NCBI GenBank assembly: GCA_900766325.1
Contig: CAAFVA010000093.1
Span: forward strand, 1 to 32,504
Origin: Bacilli bacterium
Lineage (GTDB): Bacteria > Bacillota_I > Bacilli_A > RF39 > UBA660
DNA length: 32,504 bases
Reading direction: 5' to 3'
Of this stretch, positions 17,536-25,807 are shown in pieces (position 1 is the stretch's first letter; every line of letters begins with the position of its first letter). The notes under the pieces were generated by a model. That model was not told the origin of the DNA. It did no database searches and saw nothing but the letters and a program-made list of their open reading frames with translations. Position numbers and translations under genes: made by a program.

Positions 17536-17823
17536 TTATTTTTGTATTACGATAACGTTATTATTATTATACTCCAATCCTTCCTCGGCTGCAACAAGTT
17601 GCATGTTTTCAAGTGAAATAAGCTCGTTTACCTTCATCGTTAAACTTTCGTTTACTTTCTTTTGTGAGCTTACGGTTTCCTTTAATTTTTCTACTTCTAT
17701 GTTAACCGAAGATAGTTGTGCCTTAAAAAAGAATAGTGATACAAAAACACAAAAAGCCGTGGTAACCGTTAAAGTTATCATCGTTCTTTCAAACTTAGTT
17801 TTCCTTCTTCTTTGTTTTGCCAT
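17536..17823 (-). CDS. ftsL: Cell division protein FtsL
   Basis: 95 aa with a basic N-terminus, one TM helix and a coiled-coil. It sits between rsmH and the PBP gene as in dcw clusters. Confidence 0.7.
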   Translation of the reverse strand: MAKQRRRKTKFERTMITLTVTTAFCVFVSLFFFKAQLSSVNIEVEKLKETVSSQKKVNESLTMKVNELISLENMQLVAAEEGLEYNNNNVIVIQK

Positions 17824-17825
17824 GT

Positions 17826-18752
17826 TTACACCATCCTTTGTTTTATCGCCACCCTAAGTGTAGCACTCCTACTTCTTTTATTATTTTCTATTTCATCTTT
17901 ACTGGGTTTTACTTTTTTTAAAACCTTTAACTCGGGAATCAAATTATTCGGAATTAATGGTAAGTTTTTTACCACGTCGTTTTGTCTTGATCTTTTAACA
18001 AATATTTCTTTGCATATTTTATCTTCAAGTGAGTGAAAGGTAATTACCGAAACAACGCCACCAACCTTTAATAAATCAATGGCATCATCAAGCGCTTTTG
18101 AAAGTACACCCAATTCATCATTTACCTCTATTCTTATCGCTTGAAAGGTGCGTCTAGCTGGATGAGTTTCTCTTTTATATTTAAAAGGAACAGCATCAGA
18201 TATGACGTTTTTTAACTCAAGCGTTGTTGTTATTGGTTTTTTCTTTCGTACTTCTTCAATTTTTCTTGCGATTTCCTTAGCGTATCTTTCCTCACCATAA
18301 TCTTTTATTATTTTAACCAACCGTTCATACGGATAATTATTAACCACCTCATACGCTGATAACTTATTTTCCTTATTCATACGCATATCAAGCGGCGCGT
18401 CCGAATGAAAACTAAACCCCCTTAAAGGATCATCTAACTGTGGTGATGAAACACCTAAATCAAACATAATTCCGTCTACTTCCGTAACCCCTCTTTTTGT
18501 TAACTCATCTTTTAAATTAACAAAGTTACTAGGAATTATTTCAAAGTTAGTACCTATTTTACCAAGTAAGTTTTCACTATAATTTCTTGCTTCCTCATCT
18601 TGGTCGAAAGCATATAATCTCCCTTTTTTTAATCTTTTTAAGATTGCACTTGAATGACCAGCATATCCTAAAGTACAGTCAACGTAAATACCATCTTCTT
18701 TAATGTTTAACGATGATATGGTTTCATTTAAAAGAACGCTTACGTGTTTCAT
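17826..18752 (-). CDS. rsmH: 16S rRNA (cytosine1402-N4)-methyltransferase
   Basis: 308 aa. HVSVLLNE...YVDCTLGYAGHS...FDLGVSSPQLD...FHSLEDK are the conserved RsmH/MraW blocks. Confidence 0.95.
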   Translation of the reverse strand: MKHVSVLLNETISSLNIKEDGIYVDCTLGYAGHSSAILKRLKKGRLYAFDQDEEARNYSENLLGKIGTNFEIIPSNFVNLKDELTKRGVTEVDGIMFDLGVSSPQLDDPLRGFSFHSDAPLDMRMNKENKLSAYEVVNNYPYERLVKIIKDYGEERYAKEIARKIEEVRKKKPITTTLELKNVISDAVPFKYKRETHPARRTFQAIRIEVNDELGVLSKALDDAIDLLKVGGVVSVITFHSLEDKICKEIFVKRSRQNDVVKNLPLIPNNLIPELKVLKKVKPSKDEIENNKRSRSATLRVAIKQRMV

Positions 18753-19187
18753 TTAAACCTCCACACCATCAAATAAATTTTCCGCTAAATCAGAAATGTT
18801 TTCTTCGTTGCAAGAAAAATAATCATCAAAGGCGGTACTTGACCATATTTCAAGGCGATCATTCACTCCGATAATAACGCATTCTTTTTTTAAGTTTGCG
18901 TAACTAACTAGTGGCATCGGCAAGGCTACCCTTCCTTGCTTATCAGTTTGACACTCAATCGCACCCGATAAAAAAAATCTTAAAAAAGCCCTAGCGTCTT
19001 TTTTGGTAAAGGGTAATGTTTTAAGTTTTGAAACGATGTTTTCCCATTCTTTTTTAGAATAGACGAATAAACATCCTTCTAACCCACGGGTAACAACAAA
19101 AGTATCCCCTAATTCCTCGCGAAATTTAGAAGGTAAAACGATTCTTGCTTTATCATCAATGTTATGATGATACTCTCCCATAAACAT
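18753..19187 (-). CDS. mraZ: Transcriptional regulator MraZ
   Basis: [26 protein letters not shown] and a second DKQGRVALP repeat (two SpoVT/AbrB-like halves). Start set at the ATG at 19187 with GGGGGA upstream, not at the track start 19220. Confidence 0.95.
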   Translation of the reverse strand: MFMGEYHHNIDDKARIVLPSKFREELGDTFVVTRGLEGCLFVYSKKEWENIVSKLKTLPFTKKDARAFLRFFLSGAIECQTDKQGRVALPMPLVSYANLKKECVIIGVNDRLEIWSSTAFDDYFSCNEENISDLAENLFDGVEV

Positions 19188-19196
19188 TTTTATCCC

Positions 19197-19230
19197 CCAC
19201 AATCTACCACTATGTTCCACTAGCTACCAC
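19197..19230 (-). promoter_or_regulatory. MraZ operator: four direct GTGG repeats at exact 10-bp phasing in the mraZ leader
   Basis: On the plus strand CCAC occurs at 19197, 19207, 19217 and 19227. The minus strand reads GTGGtagcta GTGGaacata GTGGtagatt GTGGggg. Phased GTGG(G/T) repeats are the described MraZ binding-site architecture. Confidence 0.65.
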
Positions 19231-19231
19231 T

Positions 19232-19261
19232 ATAATACCATATTTATTAAGGTAATGTCCA
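19232..19261 (-). promoter_or_regulatory. Candidate Pmra promoter (TGGACA-18-TATTAT with a TG extension)
   Basis: On the minus strand the -35 is at 19261-19256 and the -10 at 19237-19232, preceded by TGg. It lies immediately upstream of the GTGG repeats. Confidence 0.5.
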
Positions 19262-19368
19262 TATAAATTTATAAAAAAAACAAGCAAAAAACGACGCTTT
19301 ACGTAAACTTAAAAAAATAACAAATAAATTATTTTTTTAACATACTACTATCATTTTTTTGATATTAA

Positions 19369-19377
19369 TGTTAAAAT
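19369..19377 (+). promoter_or_regulatory. Extended -10 (TGtTAAAAT) placed 7 nt before the yidD ATG; possible leaderless transcript
   Basis: TG at 19369-19370 and TAAAAT at 19372-19377, with the ATG at 19384. No Shine-Dalgarno sequence is visible between them. Confidence 0.3.
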
Positions 19378-19383
19378 GTTTAT

Positions 19384-19620
19384 ATGATTAAAAATATATT
19401 AATTGGAATCATAAACATATATCAGCGGATTCCCGGATCATTTCATGGGTATTGCAAACATGTTCCGACGTGCTCACAGTACACAAAAGAAGCAATTAAA
19501 GAACATGGTGCAATAAAAGGAATTTTCCTTGGGGTAAAAAGAATTTTAAAATGTAATCCGTTTGGTACGTTTGGTTATGATCCTATACCAAAAAAGGAGA
19601 ATAAAAAAAATGAAAAATAA
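19384..19620 (+). CDS. yidD: Membrane protein insertion efficiency factor YidD
   Basis: 78 aa. IYQRI...CKHVPTCSQYTKEAIKEHGAIKG...RILKCNPF matches the YidD signature (C-[RK]-x-x-PTCS-x-Y). Confidence 0.9.
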   Translation: MIKNILIGIINIYQRIPGSFHGYCKHVPTCSQYTKEAIKEHGAIKGIFLGVKRILKCNPFGTFGYDPIPKKENKKNEK

Positions 19621-20485
19621 ATTGTTATCTATAATAGTATTACTTGCGGCGTTGTTCGTCTTAAACGGATGCTCAAGAACTAATGCAAATACTACCTCCA
19701 TGACTGCGTACACAAGCGTTTACCCGGTTGAATACGTTTTAGAAAATTTATACGGAGATAACGTTGCTATTTACAGCATTTATCCTGATGGGATAAATTA
19801 TAAAGATTATGAACTTACGAGCAAACAATTAAGCGATTATAGCAAAGGTGATTTGTACGTTTATAACGGAACCATTGAAAAAGAAAAAGAATATGCAGTT
19901 AAATTACTTAACGAAAATAAAAACATGAAGATAATCGACGCATCATTAGGGATGAACTACACCAATGACATCGAAGAAACCTGGCTTAACCCAGCAAACT
20001 ATTTAATGATGGCTTCAAACATTAAAAAAGGTCTTGAGGAATACATTAGTGAAAACATAGAAAAAAAGAAAATCGACGAAAATTATGAAACGCTAAAGCT
20101 TAGTCTAACGGAAATAGACGCCGAGTTAAAAAGCGTTGCAAATAACGCAAATAATAATGTTTTAGTTGTTAGTAATGACGTTTTTAAGTATTTAGAAAAA
20201 TACGGATTTACCGTTATATCACTAGAAGAAAATGAAAATCTAACAGAAAAGACAATCGCTGATGTAAGAAATCTATTAAGAAATAAAACCATAAATTACA
20301 TATTTCTTAAAGATGACGAAGAAGAAAACGAAACGATAAAAACGTTAAAAAATGAATATGGCGTTCAAACGGTAAGTCTTAACTCGTTATCTACTCTTAA
20401 TGCAGAAGATAGAAAAGATAAAAAAGATTACGTTAGCATAATGATGGATAACATAAATTCAATAAAATTAGAGGTAAATAATTAA
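19610..20485 (+). CDS. Lipoprotein, metal (Zn/Mn-type) ABC-transporter substrate-binding family (ZnuA/TroA-like)
   Basis: Start at the ATG at 19610 (RBS GGAG), overlapping the yidD end by 11 nt. Lipobox LFVLNGC|S. The overall pattern AYTSVYPVEYVLENLYGDNV...LNPANY..., with an acidic C-terminal lobe, is typical of cluster A-I binding proteins. No cognate permease or ATPase is adjacent. Confidence 0.6.
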   Translation: MKNKLLSIIVLLAALFVLNGCSRTNANTTSMTAYTSVYPVEYVLENLYGDNVAIYSIYPDGINYKDYELTSKQLSDYSKGDLYVYNGTIEKEKEYAVKLLNENKNMKIIDASLGMNYTNDIEETWLNPANYLMMASNIKKGLEEYISENIEKKKIDENYETLKLSLTEIDAELKSVANNANNNVLVVSNDVFKYLEKYGFTVISLEENENLTEKTIADVRNLLRNKTINYIFLKDDEEENETIKTLKNEYGVQTVSLNSLSTLNAEDRKDKKDYVSIMMDNINSIKLEVNN

Positions 20486-20506
20486 GGATGCCAAGGCATC
20501 CTTTTT
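20486..20506 (+). terminator. Rho-independent terminator
   Basis: GGATGCC-aa-GGCATCC followed by TTTTT, immediately after the TAA stop at 20483-20485. Confidence 0.8.
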
Positions 20507-20546
20507 ATATTAAAAAATTAGATAGTAAATTAATTAACCCGTCTTT

Positions 20547-21168
20547 TTAACCTAATACGTCACTTTCCTCATTAAATCTTAAAGTATTGATTAAATTTTT
20601 ACAATCTTGGTAAGTAATTACTTTATCGCTTATATTTTCTTTTCTTAATTTTAAGGTTTTATGGTCATAATCATCAAGCAGATTAAGAGCTTTAGAATAA
20701 TTACCTATTACTTTTAGCATCAGCATCCTCTAATCTCTCATCCGCTCTATTCGCTATTTCTATTAACTTAATAGTTTTTTCTAAATATTCTAATCTTTTA
20801 TTATTGACCGCGTATCCCTTTAATAAATAATCTTTAAGAACTTTATTAGCCAGGCGTCTAAAAGCTATACCACGTTTAGATTTAACACGATAACCCACAC
20901 TTATTATCATATCTAAATTATAATACTCAACCATTCTAGTTTGTGTTTTACCTTCTATCGCACCATGTTTAGTGGTTGTCGCAAATTTTGCGACAGTTGA
21001 ATTATCAAGTTCTTCATTCAACGCATTATTTATATGTTTACCTATTGTTTTGATATCCCTTTCAAATAATTCAGCTATTTGACTCCTATTAAGCTAAACG
21101 GTATCATCTTTCATATTTACTTCCAACTTTACGTTCTCATCTTCAAATAAAACTATTTCGCTTTTCAT
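20547..21168 (-). pseudogene. RhuM-family protein, decayed: in-frame TAG, a frameshift and loss of the C-terminal half
   Basis: Hand translation from the ATG at 21168 gives MKSEIVLFEDENVKLEVNMKDDTV*LNRSQIAELFERDIKTIGKHINNALNEELDNSTVAKFATT...SVGYRVKSKRGIAFR. The TAG at 21094-21096 sits where the family has Trp (TVWL). The frame changes near 20700-20715 (..AKS|IGNYSKALNLLDDYDHKTLKL..), and the reading frame ends at 20547 with no Fic/DOC-like C-terminal part. Confidence 0.7.
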
Positions 21169-21259
21169 TTCGTTACCTTCTTTCTATACTATGTTTTTTT
21201 ATTTAATTAAACAGATTAATATCCGTATTTTTCAATTACCCAAATTACTGCTACATCCC

Positions 21260-21803
21260 CTAATTATCGATTTGTATAATTTTACTAACCTTTCTTTTTT
21301 CTTCAATCTTTTTAAATGAATCTTCTAAAGTTTTAATTTTAACATGATCTTCTAAAACTAAATCGTTTATATATTTTTGTTCAATTAAGTTACTTGAAAT
21401 ATATTTTCTTAACGCTACAAAAGCATCCATTATTCTTATACTAACTTCCTTTCGCAACTTTTGTTCTAAGAATGGTTGCAAGCATTGCGACGCCTTGCTC
21501 AGTGAATGCATAAGGCAAATATTTAATATTATGACCTCTACCTTTCAAGGTTTCAATTTGAAACCTTAGAATTTGATAATACTCTTCTTCTATTAATCTA
21601 AACATAAACCTTTCAGGAAACCTATTTATATTCCTTCTAACCGCCAAATTAATTGTCTTTGCTCCGTTAGCACATTCATAAAGCCTTGCTAAATCACTAT
21701 CAAGCATTACTTGTTTTCCTCTTACGTCATAAATCAAATTTTCAACTACTTCTTCATTTTTATTTACATCTTTGCCTTTTAGTAAAACTATCTCGTTTTT
21801 CAA
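21260..21803 (-). pseudogene. ORF6N / KilA-N-type DNA-binding domain protein, interrupted by a 1-nt frameshift
   Basis: IYDVRGKQVMLDSDLARLYE...AVRRNINRFPERFMFRL...LPYAFTEQGVAMLATIL is the ORF6N signature. The sequence continues in the +1 frame as (K)EVSIRIMDAFVALRKY. The shift is at GCGAAAGGAAGTT (about 21445-21457). TTG start with AAGGAG upstream. Confidence 0.65.
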
Positions 21804-22067
21804 ATTTATTCTCCTTATCTTTTGTATTTTTAAATGTAAATTAAGGCGTGATGTTTTGTTACCTTAAGTAAATTAACCTCCTTTTTTAAATATTTCGTCA
21901 TTACTTAAATCAAATTACCTTATCTTTTTCTCTTCGTACAAGCGAAGTTTGACCGATATATAACAGTTAATATTATATCAAGCATATGTTCTTTATCTAA
22001 CAGAAAAACAACAATTATGACTTTTATGTGAGTTTTACATTAGTTTTATATGAACCAATAAAAAATA

Positions 22068-22604
22068 CTAGCTTTCGCTAGCATCTTTACCTGTTTCTAT
22101 GTAATTTTCACCTTTAAATGGTTCCATTTTAAGTAAATCTCTATAATTCTGCTGCCTTAATACTTCGTAGACCATTATCGCAGCACAATTAGATAAATTA
22201 AGTGCCCTTACTTTATTAGTCATTGGTATTCTAAGACAATGATCTAAATCATCTCTTAAAATTTCAAGTGGAATACCAGTAGATTCTTTTCCAAATACTA
22301 AATATATATTTTCATCTTTATTACTATAATCAAAAGATGTATGAGACTTTTTACCATACCTAGTTAAATAGTAATAAGTTCCTTCATTTTTACTTTTAAA
22401 ATCTTCCCAATTCTCATAAATTGTATAATCACACTCGTCAATATAATTAGCACCACTTCTTTTAACATAACTTTCATCCAAAGAAAAGCCAAGTGGCTTT
22501 ATCAAATGAAGTTTCGTATCAGTAGCAGCACAAGTACGCATTATGTTACCCGTATTACCAGGGATTTCAGGTTCATATAATACTACGTTAATCACCAATA
22601 ACAC
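22068..22604 (-). CDS. trmL: tRNA (cytidine/uridine-2'-O)-methyltransferase, SpoU/TrmL family
   Basis: VVLYEPEIPGNTGNIMRTCAAT...LVFGKESTGIP...IPM...RALNLSNCAAIMVYEVLRQ is the TrmL/CspR pattern. The start may be the GTG at 22595 rather than 22604. The gene overlaps the upstream gene's end. Confidence 0.85.
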   Translation of the reverse strand: MLLVINVVLYEPEIPGNTGNIMRTCAATDTKLHLIKPLGFSLDESYVKRSGANYIDECDYTIYENWEDFKSKNEGTYYYLTRYGKKSHTSFDYSNKDENIYLVFGKESTGIPLEILRDDLDHCLRIPMTNKVRALNLSNCAAIMVYEVLRQQNYRDLLKMEPFKGENYIETGKDASES

Positions 22605-23046
22605 TTCTTTCTTCTAGTTCTTTTATAACATCATTAGAAGTTTTTAAAGTAGTACAATCAATTATGTCAGATATTTCACCTTGTTCATAAAAAACTAATT
22701 CCGGAGCATACTGATATACCGGATCAATTATTGTCTCATTATTAATGTTAATATAAATTACATCGTTTTCTAAATTATATTTTTTTATAACCGGAATAAA
22801 TATTTCATCAAAATTATTAGTAGACTCTTCACTACTATTTGAAACGTATATGATGGTGCTAGGCTGCTCTACAACATGATTCGCAATTTCCTCATAATTT
22901 ATTTCCGTTAAGTAATTACTAATATCAGACTTAGATAACAAATCGTTTTGTTTATTCTCGTGTAATTTTAAAGCTACTATAAGCACACCAAGTGTTACTA
23001 CACATATTACCACTAATAAAATAACCTTTTTTGTTTGTTCTTTCAT
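22588..23046 (-). CDS. Membrane-anchored protein of unknown function (possibly a thioredoxin-like fold, no CxxC)
   Basis: Start at the ATG at 23046 (AAGGAGG 5 nt upstream). One N-terminal TM helix (VILLVVICVVTLGVLIVAL) followed by a domain of about 110 aa. No catalytic motif recognised. Confidence 0.55.
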   Translation of the reverse strand: MKEQTKKVILLVVICVVTLGVLIVALKLHENKQNDLLSKSDISNYLTEINYEEIANHVVEQPSTIIYVSNSSEESTNNFDEIFIPVIKKYNLENDVIYININNETIIDPVYQYAPELVFYEQGEISDIIDCTTLKTSNDVIKELEERSVIGD

Positions 23047-23123
23047 AACGTCCTCCTTTATCATATTTATATTTTAACATATTTATAAAAATGAATAAAG
23101 AAAAAAGATTTAAGAATCATTTT

Positions 23124-24803
23124 TCACTTTGTTTTAGAATTGGTATTAATGTAGTCAACCACTGTACTTACTTTCGCAAAATAAGTTGTACTATATGAAT
23201 CTAAAGAGTAGTTTAGATAATCCGATCTTTCAACATCATAACTTGAAAAATCAGCGTTATTCTCACTAACCTGTCCATTAGCAATAGTCATATGATAGTC
23301 GTCAAACTTTTGTAACAACTCTTCCATAGATAAATTGTTACTATCTGAGATAGCTTGCAAAAAAATTTTTTCTATATCATCTTGCCAAATCAAAAAACTT
23401 TTAGCATGTTCTAATTCCTGTTTATTAGTATAATTTAAGTGATTGCAACAATCTAATTCCCACAGTCTCATCATATAAAACATAGTTTCTAAGTCTTTAA
23501 TTTTTCCTTCACATAAATCATTTGCTAGTCCTTTATAAAAATTTCTTGAAAGATTCTTAACTACATCTGTTCTAATATTCATTCTGATTGATGCTTTGTC
23601 TTCATCGGTTAGAGTTATATTATTTTGGACTTGATAAAAATTCCAAAAATCTTCTACATCACTCTGTGTTATTTCAATAGAATAAATTAATTCCAAAAAT
23701 TCCATCTTAGATTCTTCATCCGTTATATCAAGCAACTTATACGCCTCATCAATATTATTAGAAAAGGATGATTCAACCAAACTATCTATTTTATAATTTT
23801 TGTCAAAAAACCTACTTAAATTATAAGATCTTATATATGAAATCTTCTTTTCATAATTTTTTGGGGTTGTATTTAAAGTATCAGCCATCCTCAACTCAGC
23901 ACTACCTTCCAACAACCAAGTATTCCATAACGAATTAACGTTTGTATTTTCATATTTTCTACAAAAACCAGCCTCAACACCATTATCACTATTAAAATCA
24001 TTTGAAGCATTTTGAAACAAGTGCTCTATTTCATGAGTAAATACAGTTTTATCAACATCAACACCATCTTGAGAGTTACCTCTCATTTCTTGCATATCAG
24101 AAAACATATCCATCATTGTAGGATTAAAAGCAAATATCAAATCATCACTCACGTAAGCACTAGCTGAAGATGTATTGTTCTGAAAAATTTTTAAGTGCGT
24201 TAATGTTTCGCTAATATAATTTATGTTTGTATAATTGGATTTATTTTTATTGTATGTTTCAGCTATTAAATCACATATTTTTTGTATGTATGAATTAGAT
24301 GTTTCAGAAAGGAAATAATTAATTGAATTCTTTTCCTGACTCATATAAACTCGATTATTTCTTAATACAATTTCATATAACTTAACCGAATCCAAGTCTC
24401 CATTAGTAATCACATCTGAATTTTGATTTTTTTCATATTCGACTTCGTAATATTTTTGTAACACGTTGTTTAAATCATAATATTCAGACATACTAAATTC
24501 ATAAGTGTGGTTATTTATTTCATTAGTTATTTTGTTATAATCTTGTTTACTCAAATTAATTTTAGTACTTGACTTAGTTTCAAACGAAGATTCCTTGGGA
24601 TTACTTAATTCCACATCTAAATAATCATCATCAACATAATTATATGAACCAGTTTGATCAATGACATTGGTACTAATAGTTTTAGCATTAGTTAAAGAAT
24701 TGTTAATCATATTTATCATTCCAACACTCGGTAATAACAAAGTAGCAAGGCCTATAGCTATAGCCCTTTTTTTATTCTTATATAATTTATACTTTTTGTT
24801 CAT
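23124..24803 (-). CDS. Secreted putative zinc metalloprotease (HExxH, gluzincin-like)
   Basis: Sec-type signal peptide (MNKKYKLYKNKKRAIAIGLATLLLPSVGMI...NAKT). HEIEH lies inside TVFTHEIEHLFQ, with a downstream WLLEGSAE reminiscent of the WLNEGFA third-ligand helix of M1-type gluzincins. It has its own RBS (AAGGAG) and follows a terminator. Confidence 0.6.
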   Translation of the reverse strand: MNKKYKLYKNKKRAIAIGLATLLLPSVGMINMINNSLTNAKTISTNVIDQTGSYNYVDDDYLDVELSNPKESSFETKSSTKINLSKQDYNKITNEINNHTYEFSMSEYYDLNNVLQKYYEVEYEKNQNSDVITNGDLDSVKLYEIVLRNNRVYMSQEKNSINYFLSETSNSYIQKICDLIAETYNKNKSNYTNINYISETLTHLKIFQNNTSSASAYVSDDLIFAFNPTMMDMFSDMQEMRGNSQDGVDVDKTVFTHEIEHLFQNASNDFNSDNGVEAGFCRKYENTNVNSLWNTWLLEGSAELRMADTLNTTPKNYEKKISYIRSYNLSRFFDKNYKIDSLVESSFSNNIDEAYKLLDITDEESKMEFLELIYSIEITQSDVEDFWNFYQVQNNITLTDEDKASIRMNIRTDVVKNLSRNFYKGLANDLCEGKIKDLETMFYMMRLWELDCCNHLNYTNKQELEHAKSFLIWQDDIEKIFLQAISDSNNLSMEELLQKFDDYHMTIANGQVSENNADFSSYDVERSDYLNYSLDSYSTTYFAKVSTVVDYINTNSKTK

Positions 24804-24859
24804 ACTAAATCTCCTTATACATTTATTATACTATAATTACAAATAAACAAAAAATAAAA

Positions 24860-24876
24860 AGAGCAACTTTTACTCT
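24860..24876. terminator. Terminator hairpin closing the small-protein operon (bidirectional context)
   Basis: AGAGCAA-ctt-TTACTCT is 7 bp with one G-U pair when read on the minus strand. U-runs lie on both sides. Confidence 0.55.
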
Positions 24877-24886
24877 TTTTTTTACA

Positions 24887-25195
24887 CTATACGATGTTAT
24901 TTCTTTGCTTAACTTGGTAACCTGGTAAACTACTGGCTTGAGACTTTAAATTGTTGATTAGGGTTTCGTAATTATTGCTACTATTAACAATCCAACTTTT
25001 AATAGATTCCAATTCTTTTTTTATAGCTTTTAAAGTATTTTCTACATCATTAAGTGTATTTCTTTTTTTAAAATCATATGGAATATCAAAATACTTAAAA
25101 TAACTCAAAGCCTTATTGATAACGTTCAGCGAATCGTTTAGGCGAATAACACAACCACTATTTAAAGGCGTTGAATCCAAATAAACCTTTGACAT
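24887..25195 (-). CDS. 102-aa predicted helical protein, T7SS-associated (sixth gene of the cargo operon)
   Basis: The start overlaps the upstream stop (TAATG). Heptad-like C-terminal half (NTLNDVENTLKAIKKELESIKSWIVNSSNNYETLINNLKSQ). No signal peptide or TM segment. Confidence 0.55.
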   Translation of the reverse strand: MSKVYLDSTPLNSGCVIRLNDSLNVINKALSYFKYFDIPYDFKKRNTLNDVENTLKAIKKELESIKSWIVNSSNNYETLINNLKSQASSLPGYQVKQRNNIV

Positions 25196-25479
25196 TATTT
25201 ATCACTCCATTTTTTTATAATATAATTTATATTATTACCTGTGCTTTTGATCACACTGCCATACGACTTTAAACTATTACCAAAATTAATATAGATGGAC
25301 TTATCACTCATTAATCTTAAAGCATAACTATTTGCCGAATTTCCAGTCCATGCTGTGCTTGGTATTTTTTGCATCTTGTTAAACAAACTTTCAATCAAAT
25401 CAATATATTTATCGCACAAAGAAATTATTTCGTTACCACATTCTATTAACTTATTACCATCAGCCATTATTTTTGCCAT
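25195..25479 (-). CDS. 94-aa WXG100-like protein (W-T-G)
   Basis: Start taken at MAKIMADGNK (ATG at 25479), 7 nt after the upstream stop. The central motif PSTAWTGNSANSY fits the W-x-G hairpin position of ESAT-6-like proteins. Confidence 0.6.
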   Translation of the reverse strand: MAKIMADGNKLIECGNEIISLCDKYIDLIESLFNKMQKIPSTAWTGNSANSYALRLMSDKSIYINFGNSLKSYGSVIKSTGNNINYIIKKWSDK

Positions 25480-25486
25480 TTTTATA

Positions 25487-25795
25487 TTACCTATTTTCCT
25501 TTGTCTCAGCTCTTTCAATATCATCTTTAATATCGGATATTTTAGAATCAATTGAATTTAGTACGCTTCGTAAATTAGATATACAATTAGAAATACTTTC
25601 TTTTTGTCTTTTAATGTTTTCATATTTGCAAACAGAACCATTTATTAAATAATTACTCTGAAGACTAGACTGAGCCATAGATAAAGTATCTACCACATCA
25701 CTATTAGAAAGAACGTTAATCATTCGTATAACGTTCTCCCTCATTGTTTTATACTTATTTTGCCTTCTAGTAAGTTCATAAGTATTATCAAACAT
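25487..25795 (-). CDS. 102-aa predicted coiled-coil protein, T7SS-associated
   Basis: Helical, heptad-rich (..NLRSVLNSIDSKISDIKDDIERAE..). No WXG, no signal peptide. Confidence 0.55.
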   Translation of the reverse strand: MFDNTYELTRRQNKYKTMRENVIRMINVLSNSDVVDTLSMAQSSLQSNYLINGSVCKYENIKRQKESISNCISNLRSVLNSIDSKISDIKDDIERAETKENR

Positions 25796-25807
25796 AGATG
25801 TTTCCTA

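Noticed and set aside
21094-21096. In-frame TAG in the RhuM-like gene as possible stop-codon recoding.
   Set aside because: TAG serves as an ordinary stop elsewhere in the window (essC, trmL and the kinase at 8386). The same gene also carries a frameshift and a truncation, so a nonsense mutation is the simplest reading.
3420-25551. Longer N-terminal extensions given by the ORF track for plsC (4007), the ABC transporter (7091), PBP (17507), mraZ (19220), the membrane protein (23064), the WTG protein (25551) and the metal-binding lipoprotein (19562).
   Set aside because: In each case an internal ATG is preceded by a properly spaced Shine-Dalgarno sequence and reproduces the usual family N-terminus (for example MFMGEY for MraZ, or a lipoprotein signal peptide). 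The extensions start at TTG/GTG or at an ATG with no RBS, or lie inside the upstream gene.
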